Shown: positions 48,416-61,700 of the stretch, piece after piece | Layout of the letters: every line of letters begins with the position of its first letter | Numbering within the stretch: the first letter of the stretch is position 1 | Source of the DNA: the human T2T-CHM13v2.0 reference genome, Homo sapiens | Length of the DNA: 64,000 nt | Direction: 5' to 3' (one strand) | NCBI RefSeq assembly: GCF_009914755.1 | Contig: NC_060925.1 | The notes under the pieces: generated by a model | The model's database searches: none | What the model saw: only the letters and a program-made list of their open reading frames with translations | Told to the model about the DNA's origin: nothing | Made by a program: the position numbers and the translations under genes

Positions 48416-51400
48416 GAATAGGATTACATTAACATTATTTCCAAAATAATGGCAACTGAAATAATTACTGTCAGAGTTGTGGGCCCTAGGATGTAAAGAG
48501 GCTGTTCTTTCAGTTCATGCACTGCATGTTTTCTTCCCAGGGTGTGAATGCATTGCCAGAATTGGCAGGATAAAATAATTTATTAGCCACCACATTGCAC
48601 TAGGGGTCCATACTCTTCTCTGACCTCAGGCCCGATAGCCTGATATGGCTTTCTGTGAAAGATATCTCCTTTTCTTATTGTGAGTGTTAAGAGTCTCATT
48701 GCACTTTTCAGAAATTTGGATTGTTACATTCACTTCACCCTCTAATTTGCAAGACATGTTTATATATAGTCTTAGTTTAAGATGCTTTCTCTGAAGGCAT
48801 CTCACCCTCCCATATAAATCAGTGGATGCAAGTTTATCTACAGTGGGTGGAGAATGAGGAAATGGGGTGGGAACTGGGAAGTGGGAAATTGAAGGATATG
48901 GGTGCCATCTAATTCCATTGTATGAGAGGTATCTGCATCTCAGCTCTAGTCTAGCATTGGTCCTTGCTACATCTGTTTCAGCATTGGAATTATATGCAAC
49001 TTCATTTGTTTTTTCTTAAGCATAACTTAGACGTAGTTAGAGCCAATGGGTATGGTTGTATAGGTCTGTACTCAGGAGACTTGTAAATAGCAGACATGGT
49101 TTCTAATCTTACCCTTTGTATAAACTATTACCTTAGGCATGTCACAGGCTCACGTTTCCTTTTGCACAAATGTTAAGGTTAGGCAATGCGATCTAAGGTA
49201 AGGTCCATTCCACTTCTCACATTTTGAGTTCCTATGTTCCTAAGTAGAGCTACTAAAATTGCATTTTATTGCCTTTATAATTGCCAGCATAATATGTAAA
49301 GTTAACTTCAAAAAATAAACTGGTATGCGGTTTATATTCTGTAATCTTTCTTTTAGTTCTTTTATATAGCTACTTTTCTAAAATTTATCATTTGTCTCTA
49401 TGTCAGGATTAACGTGAGAATTCTGTGTGCTTTGAACTTTGGTGCTGTATTACAAATATTCCAAAGTAGGTTTGTAAAGGAAGAAAACTCTGAGCCAATT
49501 ACTTATTTACCTTTAGAGAGGTTTAAAATATTCATTGGTTGTACTTGTGGGCAAAAAATATGGAAATTTAAAGGGAAACAGCCCTCTAATAGAAAGGAAA
49601 AAATATATATATTCAATCCATGGGCCATGCTGCTATTATTGCTGAGTGAGATCACATGTCCTTTTTTAGGGCAATTTTCCATTTGCTGTTGCTGTTATGA
49701 TGTTAAATTTCTATGCATCATTTTCTCCAGCTTTAATTGGCAGTTGAATTGCTATAAAACATGTTTTTCTGCTATTTTCTTACAGAATACTTGGTGAATA
49801 GATTTGATCAACAGCGTTATCTATAAACTCCTAATTAAATTCAGGGCTTAATCAATTAAGACATCTTTGATTTATCTACTCTGTCATCGTTATTTAAGTT
49901 TTTTATCTTTGCAAGAAAACTGAAAAGATATGTTTTGTTTACCTGAACTAGATTCTCTGTCTTCACTGAAAGGACTTCCATGCCTTTATTGTATTTCCCA
50001 AAGGCCTGCCATTTAATCTTTTTTTTCATTATCTCAGATACCATTGAATCCTTTTTCTCTATCCCATTAATTTCATCCTTCATATTACTACACCTTGACA
50101 TTAATGGCCTGTCATTGTAGAGGATATTATGTTTGGTATGTCAGTAATACTGAATAGGACTAATACGAAATTTTCATAATTGAGTTGGGTTGCATGAGCA
50201 ATGATGTTCGTATCTGGAGGGTTTCTTTAAATGTTGAGTCAAATTTGAAGCTTCTGGGAAGAAAAATTATCAAAATATATGCGTTTATTCTTGCCTATGC
50301 GAATTTTAAATCAGAGGCTAATCAACTGTGTGTTACATTTCAAGTTATTGGTAAACATTTATGTTCTTAGTAGCCTCAAAAATAGATGTTTATAGACTAA
50401 GGTTCAGTTATCTTTTTTTCCTTATTCTTTTAAAAGCAAATATCCACAGTAAAGGTGACATAAACTAGAGTCTGGTATAATGGATATTCAATGCTGTATC
50501 TTGACATGCTTAACTAAGAAAACTCAATTTAAGTTTGATAGACTTGAGCTTTTACAGATGAGGGTCACTTCTAGACATGTAACTAGTTATGGAAATTTAG
50601 TAGTGGGGTTTATACTTAAGGAATTTAAATGAAACTAACTTTACTGATACAAAAATAGTAATCTGAATTTAAGTATTAAAAGTATTCTCAATTCACAATA
50701 TAACTTAGAACTTTGATTTTGTAATTTTATGTACATGTTGTTTGTTGGCTAAACTTCATATAATCTATTGTTATATTGTGAGCTTTGCTATTTGAATCTT
50801 ATTCAGCTTTGTCTCTTTCAGTATTTAGAGTTAATTTTCTAAGACTACTGTAGTTGCCTTATTTTTTCAATTATCTCTTTTTTTCAATAGTGTAAAGATC
50901 TATTATACAGTGGCTTTGCATTTTTGGCATTCCATTGCAGAAAGTATCAATTTGTCACATAAAAAGAAAAATTAGATATACTTTATTCATGTTAAAGTAA
51001 CACCCTAGCTTTTTTAAAGGCAGCTTTGACTTAGACTTCCAAGCCTGAGGATATTGATTTGAATTATGCATGACTGTCTGGTGTGCAGTTGCATTAGCCT
51101 GCTGGATGGATAATGTAAACATGTTCTGAATTTTAAGTACACGACAGTATATGAGTGGCAGGTTAAAAATAGAACTAATAACCAAGTGCATATTTGGAAA
51201 TTTGATTCTTACAGTGTAAAACTATCCAGGGATGATCTCTGCAAATGGTTGACTGCAAATATAATAACTTGTTTTGTATTCTACAAATATAAAAGATAGT
51301 GTCTGATAAGTATACTGGGTCAATGATTTTTTTTCTAATTTGTCAAACTTTTGACACTAGAAAACAAAAGCACAATAATGTGCAAATGAATAAGGATTAC

Positions 51401-54121
51401 CTTTCACAGATTATTAGTTGATTGCTCAGCCATGCTGTTTCTAACATATTTTTCAATAAATAGGCAGGAAGATTTGATGCTTGTTATACCACTTTGCCAT
51501 CAACACGTCCATTTTGAATTCTAGAATTGCAGTGGGTACAACTAAACGTTGTAGTTTACAAATGAAATTTGACATTCTATTCTCATGAATTCCTGTACCT
51601 TTCACTCCCATTTCAAATTGGTAGAAAACAGTTCATTCTAACTACAATCTGTATCTTTGACACTTATATTTTAATTTACATTTCCAACTATACATTTTTC
51701 CTAACGTTTTAATTGTTCTTTAATTGTGAAAATAATTTCTAGTTTTAAAGTTTAATATTAAATGTTTTAGTTTTTTATAGTTTATGTGCTTGTATTATAT
51801 ATGCTGTGTGTATGCATGTATATTTATTTGTGCATGTTGGTAAATTTGACCGTTTTTCTTTTGCGTTGATGGTATTTTTCTTCTTGATTCATAATTCATG
51901 AATATTAAGAATATTAGCCTTTGTTGCATGTAATATTTTTTCTAGTTTTTTTTTTTTTAACATTGATGGTGATTTTGTTGACCCAAAATTTTTATATTAT
52001 CTCAGATTTTTTGTTTTTTTCATTTATAGCTTCTGGATTATATGTCACGTTCAGAAAGACCTTTCCTGTTTTGAGATTTGGAAAATTTTGTTCATGTTTT
52101 CTTCTAGTATTTTTATGGGTTCATCTTTTTTACCTGTAAATCTTTGAGCTAGCTTTGATTTTTGTTGCAAGAACTGAAGTGGAGATCTAGCATTCTTCTT
52201 TTCCAAATTGCTGCCATTTATCACTATGTTATTGCTGGAAAATCTAATTTATTAATCACTGATTTGAAATACTGCTTTTATCCTATATTAAATTCCTTTT
52301 TGGACTTGTATCTATTTCTGAACTTTATTGTGTTCCAATTAATTTCTCTATGACAGTGTCTAATGCTGTAACATCATATTCCTTGTCAAATCTTTTATGG
52401 TTATTCTTATTCAATAATTTTTTCAGCTGAACTTTTAGAATAATTCTGGTGCAATTTTGAATGAGATCACATTGAGTTTATGTTGAGTGTTTCTTGATTA
52501 CTTTTAATGCAGATTTTAATTACCGTTGTGAAGTTTTTTGATGCCCTTCCTTTCCATTTCAAAATATTCTTATGTTTTTATCCATCATTTCTACGTTGTA
52601 TTCTAGAGGCCAGATACTTCTCTTATGCCTTAACTGCTGTCTTCATTTGGCCACAGCTGGAATTGGTTATTAGTAATCACTTATTCTTTTTTATTGTGTG
52701 ATGGACTTCTTTTTTCTCCATGATTCACATTCTTCCATTCTTAAACACTCCTAGGTTTCCCTATATGAAGAGTACCCTCCCTCTAATCTTAATTTTTTTT
52801 AGTATTTTTTTAAAAATCAACTTGAGATATAACAGCCTTCTAATCTTTTAAAGTCCTTTTAACACCCTCTTTCCGTTTCTTATAAATCTCTTTAGAAGGC
52901 TAGCTGACAATGCTTTCATATTTTCACGATCCATTTTTCCAAATCATTTGAAAGCTGACTTTTAGTTATCCCACACTAGTGAATTTTTTCTATTTAGTTT
53001 TTCACTGTGGTAAAATATATACGCAGCATACAATTTATCTTGTATAAGTGGGACTGCATATAACTTAAATCATAATATATGCCTTTTTGTGTCTGATTTA
53101 TTTCACTTAGCATAAAGTTTTCAAAGTTCATTCATGTTATGGCATGTATCAGAATTTCATCCTTTTAAAAATCTGTTATTTATTTCTTTTAATTTTGGTA
53201 AAATATGTAAAATAAAATTTACCATCTTTAAAGTATGCAGGTCTTTGACACTAAGCACATTCACAATGTTATGCAACCATCACTATTAACTATTTCCAGA
53301 ACTTTTTTATCTTCCCAAATAGAAACTCTGCCTATTAAAAAATAACTCATTTCCTCTACCCCTTAGTCCTTGGTAACCACTATTCTATCTTCTGTCTCTA
53401 TGAATTTATATGTTACAAATAACTGATGTAAATGGAATCATACAATATTTGTCCTTCTGTGTTTGGTTTATTTCATTTAGCATAATGTCTCCAAGGTTCA
53501 TCCATATTGTACCAGGTATTATTTCTTTTTGTGGCTGAATAATATTCTGCTGTATGTATATACCACATTTTGCCTATCCATTCATCCTCTGATGGATTCT
53601 TGAGTTGCTTCTACCTTTTGGCTATTGTGAATAATACTACTATAAACACTGATGTGCAAGTGTCTGATTGAGTTGCTGCTTTCAGTTATTTTGGGTGTAT
53701 ACCTAGGAATAGAATTGTAGGGTCACATGCTAATTCTATGTTTAACTTTCCTCAGAACTGCCAAACTGTTTTCTACGATGGCTGAACCCTTTTACACTCC
53801 ACCAGCAATGCATGAGGGTTCCAATTCCTCCACACCCTCGCCAACACTTGTTATTCCTTGCTTAGTTTTGTTTTTAATGGTAGCCATTCTAGTGGGTATA
53901 AACTAGTATCTCATTATGGTTTTGATTTGCATTTCCTTAATGACTAATGGTGTTAGGCGTCTTTTCATGTGCTTACTAGCCACTTGTCTATCTTCTTCTG
54001 AGAAATGTATATTCAAGTCCTTTGCCCAGTTTTGAATTGGGTTGTTTTGAGTTGTTTCATATTTTCTTCCATTCTGTGGACTATCTTTTCTTGGTAGTGT
54101 GCTTTGATGCACAAAAGTGCT

Positions 54122-55724
54122 TGCTATGGTTTCGCTTTGTCCCCACCCAAATCTCATCTTGAATTGTAGTTCCTGTAATCCCCACATGTCATGGGAGGAA
54201 CCCAGTGGGAGGTAATTTAATCATGGGGGCGGTTACCTCTCATGCTGTTCTTGTGATACTGAATGAGTTCTCATGAGATCTGATGGTTTTATAAGGGGCT
54301 TTTCTCCCTTTTGTTTGGCACTTCTTGCTGCTGCCATGTGAAGAAGGATGTGTTTGCTTCCACCTTCTGCCATGTTTGTGAGTTTCCTGAGGCCTCCCCA
54401 GCTGTGCTGAACTGTGAGTCAGTTAAACCTCTTTCCTTTATAAATTACCCAGTCTCAGGTATGTCTTTTTTTTTTAAGTTTTATTTAAATTTTTATTTAA
54501 AATTGAGACAATTATATTTTGTCTTTTAAAAAATAATTTTGAATATTTTAAAAGGCAACTTTTTTGAAAACATGAAAATAATTTTTAATATTTACTTAAC
54601 TTTTCATTTTCAATGAAATGTATGTAAATATACATTTGAAATACTTTTTTAAATTTAATTTTATTATTATTTAAGTTTTAGGGTACATGTGCACAACGTG
54701 CAGGTTTGTTACATATGTATACATGTGCCATGTTGGTGTGCTGCACCCATTAACTCGTCATTTAGCATTAGGTATATCTCCTAATGCTTTCCCTCCCCCT
54801 TCCCCCCACCCCACAACAGTCCCCGGTGTGTGATGTTCCCCTTCCTGTGTCCATGTGTTCTCATTGTTCAATTCCCACCTATGAGTGAGAACGTGTGGCG
54901 TTTGGTTTTTTGTCCTTGTGATAGTTTGCTGAGAATGATGGTTTCCAGCTTCATCCATGTCCCTACAAAGGACATGAACTCATCATTTTTTATGGCTGCA
55001 TAGTATTCCATGGTGTATATGTGCCACATTTTCTTAATCCAGTCTATCATTGTTGGACATTTGGGTTGGTTCCAAGTCTTTGCTATTGTGAATAGTGCCG
55101 CAATAAATATACCTGTGCATGTGTCTTTATAGCAGCATGATTTATAATCCTTTGGGTATATACCCAGTAATGGGATGGCTGGGTCAAATGGTATTTCTAG
55201 TTCTAGATCCCTGAGGAATCGCCACACTGACTTCCACAATGGTTGAACTAGTTTACAGTCCCACCAACAGTGTAAAAGTGTTCCTATTTCTCCACACCTT
55301 CTCCAGCACCTGTTGTTTCCTGACTTTTTAATGATTGCCATTCTAACTGGTGTGAGATGCTATCTCATTGTGGTTTTGATTTGCATTTCTCTGATGGCCA
55401 GTGATGATGAGCATTTTTTCATGTATCTGTTGGCTGCATAAATGTCTTCTTTTGAGAAGTGTCTGTTCATATCCTTCGCTCACTTTTTGATGGGGTTGTT
55501 TGTTTTTTTCTTGTAAATTTGTTTGAGTTCATTGTATTCCGGATGTTAGCCCGTTGTCAGATGAGTAGGTTGCAAAAATGTTCTCCCATTCTGTAGGTTG
55601 CCTGTTCACTCTGATGGTAATTTCTTTTGCTGTGCAGAAGCTTTTTAGTTTAATTAGATCCCATTTGTCAATTTTGGCTTTTGTAGGTATGTCTTTATTA
55701 GCAGCGTGAGAACGGACTAATACA
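54122..55724 (+). mobile_element. THE1 (THE1D-like) solo LTR, TSD gtgct, split by an L1PA
   Basis: tgctatggtttcgctttgtccccacccaaatctc...ggtatgtcttt / attagcagcgtgagaacggactaataca; GTGCT at 54117-54121 and 55725-55729. Confidence 0.92.
54469..55684 (-). mobile_element. Young 5'-truncated L1PA (L1PA3/4-like) carrying a 3' transduction, TSD aggtatgtcttt
   Basis: Intact ORF2 C-terminal ORF 54868-55341 (...[14 protein letters not shown]...FSLIGGN); direct repeat at 54457-54468 and 55685-55696. Confidence 0.92.
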
Positions 55725-56559
55725 GTGCTCAATGAAAAGTGTTTGATGAATTTCAATTTATCTCTTGGTCCTTTTGTTGCCTGTGTTTTGTTAGTTGTAT
55801 CCAAGAAATAATTCCCAAAACCAGTGTCATAAAAAATTTTTCATTTTCTTCCAAGAGTTTTATACTTTAAGCTCTTATATTTAGGTATTTAATTTTGAGT
55901 TAATTTCTATATATAGTATAAGATAAGGGTCTAATTTCATTCTTTTGCATGTGAATAACCACTTAGCACCATTTGTTGAAGACTGTTCTTTCCCCATTGA
56001 ATGGCCTTGGCACCCTTATCAGTTGACCATACACATATGGTTTTGTTTCTGGACTGTCAAGTATATGTCATTGATCTACGTGTCTGTCCTCTTGCCAGTA
56101 CCACACTCTCTTGATTACAGTTGCTTTTACTAAGCTTGAAATCATAAAGTGTGAGTCTTCCTACTGTATTCTTCTTTTTCTTTATTGTTTTAGCTATTCT
56201 GGTTATCCTTGCAATTCCGTATGGATTTTAGAATCAACTTGACAATTTTTACAAAGAATTCGTCTGAGATCCTTATGGAGATTGTGTTGAATCTGTAGAT
56301 TACTTTGGAGGATATTGCCATCTTAATATTAAGTCTTCTAATTCATGAACATGAGATGTTTGTCCAGTTATTCAAGTCTTCTTTAATTTCTTTCAACGAT
56401 GTTTTTCAGTTTTCAGATGTTTTATTCATGTTGTGTCATGCGTTAGAATTTCATATTACTATATTCTGAGAACTTTTTTAGGACTTGAAACATTATATAG
56501 ATTTGAAGACCTCTCTCTATATATCACCATATTCTAGAATTTGGTATTTATGCATCTTA

Positions 56560-58750
56560 AACGTATTTTTAAAATTTACCCTCCCATTAACAGCCTTCTT
56601 ACTGATCTTTTATGTCCTCATCAATGCTTACATTTGCTAGATTTTTGCATTTTTGGCAATCTGATAGGTGGTATTTCACATTTTTGTGGAGTTCCTAGGA
56701 AAAGCTGATAATATAGAAATGTGAGATGTAAAGATTGAAAAGGAAGAAATAAAACAGGAATTGCTTGGAAATGATATGGTTGTCTTATCTAGAAGAGGAA
56801 AGAGATTCTACAGGCAAATTATTAGGAAAGGTATCTTGTTCAACAATCTTGTTCATTATTTCTAATAAATTCTAATAATTTACCTCTAGCTCTGGCTAGG
56901 AACTCACATACAATGTTTAATACCAGTGAATATGCCTCTTGTTTCTGTTTTAAAGAGAATGCTTCTAATGTTTGCCTTTTATGATGTTTGCTCTGGTTAT
57001 TTGGAAGATACCTCTTATTGAATTAAGGAAATTCCCTTTTGTTCCTAGTTTGCTAAAATGATAATCATTAATTGATGTTTAATTTTATTATTTTCTCTTT
57101 CTAATCTTTGGAAATCACATGGATTTTATCTTTTAATCTGTTCATGTTGTGAATTACATTAAAAGATATCCCTTTGCTAAACTAACCTTGTGTTTCTGAA
57201 ATAAAACCCAATTTGTCATGCTGTCTTTTGATTACCTCTTGTGTTCCCTTTATAAAGGGGTTTCCCAGAGAAGCTTACTATACACTATTTCTTCTCTTGC
57301 TATCTTTGTTTGAGTCTTAGGATCAAGGTTTTACAAAATTGTAAAGCAAGTTTTGGATTATTTGCTTTTTTTCATTTCTCTAGACCATTATACGAGATTA
57401 AGAGTATCTGTTCTCTGTTTGGTAGAATCAACCTATGAAATCACTTGTATCTTACGAGTTTTTTTATAGATAGATTTTTATTGATTTAATACTTTAATGT
57501 AGGTGTCATTGGATTCTCTATTTCTTCATGAGTCAGTTTTGGTAAATTATATTTTTCCAAAAATTTTTTATTGTATACATTTTTCAGAATTATGATTGTA
57601 AAGTTGTTAATAGCATTCTTTTGTTTACTTAATTCTTTCAGGGTTTTTAAAAAATAATTCTTTAATTATTTCAAGGAAACATTTTGGTTTTGTTAATCCT
57701 CTCTATAGAATTGGTTTTTTAAAAATTTTATTCTATCTACTTTCATTTTTCTTTTACTTAGATTTATACTTTAACTTCTTGAGCTGGATGCTTACTTCAT
57801 TGTTTTTCAGTCTTTTTTGGTTTCTAACATGTGGATTTAAGGCTATACATTCCTTTTAAAATACCATTTCAGTTGTATCCAACACATTTTAATATGCAAT
57901 ATCTTCATTTTTATTTGTTTTTATAATTTTTCTAATTGCTGTTATGATTTTTTTCAGTTGCTGGGTTTGGATATAAAATTCCAAATATTTAAGCTAAAAG
58001 AAATCTCTTCTTGTTTCTGAGTTCTAAGTTAAGTGTGTTGTGATCAGCTATCAAAATCTATGCAATTCAACTTTTCCTATTTGTTAAGACTTGCTTTATG
58101 CGGCTGGTGTATTTGTGTATGTGTGTGTCAAGGGGATTAATATCTATTGTATCCAACAAAAGAGTATGCATTCTCTAATTCTTCGTTATAAGTTTCAGTG
58201 AATGTCTTTTAGTTGAGCTTATTGAGTTCAACTCATCTGCTGTATCTTTCCTAAATATTCTTTCTGCTTTGCCTTTTAATCAGTAGGAGAGATATGTAAT
58301 ATCTTCCACTATGATTGTAGATTTTGTCAGCTTTTTCCTTGGAATTCTGTCTGTTTTTCTTAAATTATTTTAACATTGTGTTATAAGGGACTTACATGTT
58401 TACAAATTCATCTTTCTGGTGGATTGTCCCATATATCATTTTGTGGTAATAACCTTCTTTATGTATTTATATTTATGTCTCTTCAGAGAGGGCTCAAAAA
58501 CTATTTTATTTGTTATAATGTGCTTACACAGCTTTTAAAAATTGGTATTTGTTAAGTTATCTTTTTTATTCTTTAATATTCAACCTTTATTCTTAATTAT
58601 AAGTGTATATTGTAAACATTTACTTCCTATGTATTTATCGCAGTACTTTTTATAATTATTCTTATTTGAACGTGTTTTTGCTATATTATTTTCTTACATT
58701 TACCCCACTTTTTCTATGCTTTTTTTTCTCTCTGTTATACCTTTTTTTTT
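56560..58750 (-). mobile_element. Highly degraded ancient L1M sequence
   Basis: T-rich degenerate ORF2 antisense motifs (gagaatgcttctaatgtt, ttaaggctatacattcc, tcttccactatgattgtagatttt). Confidence 0.55.
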
Positions 58751-61700
58751 GTTTTTGCCTTTGTCATGATGTGACTTTCAGGAACGTGATAGTGTGCAAA
58801 ATTTTTTGATGGTTTCTGCATTTGATGGCATCTCTCTCTGGAAATAACCTCAGGAAAGATCACATTATGAACAGCTTTAGGAATTTAGAAACATTGAAGC
58901 AAAACATTATTCACATTAAAGTTGAGTTTACTAATGAGATCCTAGCATATTAATGTAAAATGTCTGCAAAATATAGTGGTCACTTAAACATCACTTAGCA
59001 TAAACATTTTATTCTGAGGAGGAAAAAATGTTTTTATTCTTTTCATGTTTTAACCTTTGCATACAACTTCTCTCGTTCCGCTCTCCATCTCCTCCCCGAC
59101 TGTGCCGTCACCATACATTTAAGGATCTTGGGAGCTTATGTAGTCTTGCAGGAAGGCCTGGATCTCAAATATGAAAAGGTAAAACTCTGTTAGAGTATCT
59201 AGACTTTCAAGAAATGAGGTTCTCTAGTTCCCTTTTATAATCCATTGCAGCAATAGCAGTTTTCACTTTTAGAAAATTAATCCCTTATTCTATTCCACTT
59301 TCAAAATGGAACTGTTAAATGTTATGGATTCATTGTAGTTAAAATTACACAGATCTTAGCAGTTTATGGACAAAAGCCCAGAGAGTTTAAATACTCACTT
59401 TGCTTTTTAGTAGCAGACCATGGGTTCAAACTCAGGTTTCTGCTCTCCCTGTTCAGTGTTCTTTATTGATTTTCCCTTTCCCTGTTATAAAAGCTTGACA
59501 AATTAGGCTTTCTTCTCAAGGCCTATGGAGTTTAGTAACTTGCATAATGCCTGGCACAAAATAGGTCTTAAAACAAATGCCCGTTGTTTACCATTTACTG
59601 GGAAAGACAGGTACACTTGGAGTTTTAAGTGGCTTGCGCTTTGTTGTATGTGGGCACAGAAGAGGCACACTGAAATCAGCTGAGTGTTTCTTGGTATAGG
59701 GTCGTCTGCTTTTCTCCAAACCACTCTTAACAGAACATGGGATTGTCTCCAGTAGCAGTCATGAGAGAAGCTGATTTAGGTGGATACATTTTCTCTGCTA
59801 GTCAGCTCAATTCAACAAAGATAGTTGGGTATAATTTTTTTTTTTTTTTTTTTTTTTTGGCTAGACTTTTGCTACAGTCCTTTGTGATGAGGAAAAACAG
59901 ACTAAACATTCACTGTGAGTCTTGATAAAAACTTCAGACATGTATTGTAATATTTTTCCTTCAACTGATTCTCATATAAGCCTAGTAATACCATTTTTTA
60001 CTATTTTTATGGTTTCTACTTAGAAACATTTCATAATCTTTCCAAAACAACAAAAGATGCCTTCCCCCTCTACAGATGGAAAAATTGAGGCATTGTGAGT
60101 GTTGAGTTGGAACCTCTGTGAAATTCACTGCATCAGACTGAATTTGTATATATATGTATTGCTTGTAAATTAAAGAGCTTTCCTTTAGTAAGTAGTATAT
60201 TTATATATTAGATAAAAATATTTATGTTTATTCACTCTATGATCTCTAAGTCACAAGTCCTTATAGAAGGAGTAATATGTGTTTCTACATTGTAATACAT
60301 ATCTTAATCATAAAATTTAAAATAACTAAACATTCACTAAAAGGACTTGCCTAGCCACATTGAATAATATAATTCCTGTGAATTGTTATGTCATGTGAAG
60401 TTTCTTATTATTTATGTGGGTACATGTGTCTTAAAAAGCAGAATTGTATCTCTCTGACAAGAAGTCTGCCTAACTGCTTCATACATATTTATGCTATTTT
60501 TAAAAGGATAAGTCACAAAAGGAGTTGTTGAAAAATATTTTTTGTAGGAGCTGAGTTTGATATTCAATTCCTGATTTTTTAAAAAGATCTCATATGTAGT
60601 AGAAGATATTAAATAGTGAAGAAAGATTTGGTTGCTACACTAAGAAAGAAGAAAGTAGGGGTAGAATGAGATGATTTCTGACATAATCCGAATAATTTTA
60701 CTGATAAAAAAAGCTTCGATTCCATTTTGCAGTGATGTTTTTATTACAAGTTAACACTTAACCTTGAACAATCTGCATATTCTCACAAATGACCTCTTTT
60801 GAAATTTTTTATTATGGGCTATATAATATGAATGTTCCTATGAGATATTGTCTTTCATATAATTAGAAGTTTTTATTACTGAAGAACTCAAAACTCAAGT
60901 TTACTTTCAGATTCAGGTTTTACTTTGAATCACAGATTGTCATATTGGCTTATTTTAATGTTTATACCTTTTTAAAAATAACTCATTTTCTATTCAATAA
61001 TTTGATGTCTATTCAGATTTTTTAAAATAATTAGCTGATTAGCTGGTTAATTAAAGATATATATATATATATATACTATTTTTTAAAAGCATGAACAGTG
61101 ATATAAACAATTAGAGATTCATAATGTCTTGATGCCTTGATTCCTGCCATGTCAGTTTTCTTGTGTTTGATGAGACACAGAGCAGTTATGGGAGAATACT
61201 TGTCACTGGTATCCATGGTAACTCCAAAGATACTTTGGAACTCAGAGGCATAGAGTGAGCCATAGTAATAGATCTCATTATAAGGGTAAAATACATAAAA
61301 GGTTCAGGCATATGCTTTTAATTAGTTGCCAAAAATAGAGCTGGAGAGGATGCAGTGAAATATTTTTCACTGTTAGAAATAGTATGGGCAGTGTTAAATT
61401 TTAAATGCTGCCCATAGTATTATATTTTTCTACTAAAGTAAGGGAGATGTACATTCTGAATACTCATAGTAGTGCAGTTTCTTAATCACAATTTGGACAT
61501 GGGAGTACAGGAGTACACATTCATAAAAGAGAAGACTTAGTTTCATACTGATACAAATATAGTATTTGCTTATCATTTTTAATTCTTAGTCCTACAACAT
61601 AGTTTATTCAGAAAAGCACTTCTTAAGACTTTTCCTTGTAGGTTCTAAACTACCCCTGAGATTTACTTTCTGTCTAAATAACATACAGAATATTATTCCA

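Larger units (their letters stand above)
52985..56420 (-). mobile_element. L1MB-type LINE, antisense, interrupted by a THE1 LTR and an L1PA
   Basis: L1MB 3'UTR and ORF2 motifs on both sides of 54122-55724; ORF 53903-54187 ends in L1 ORF2 peptide (KEMQIKTIMRY). Confidence 0.85.
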
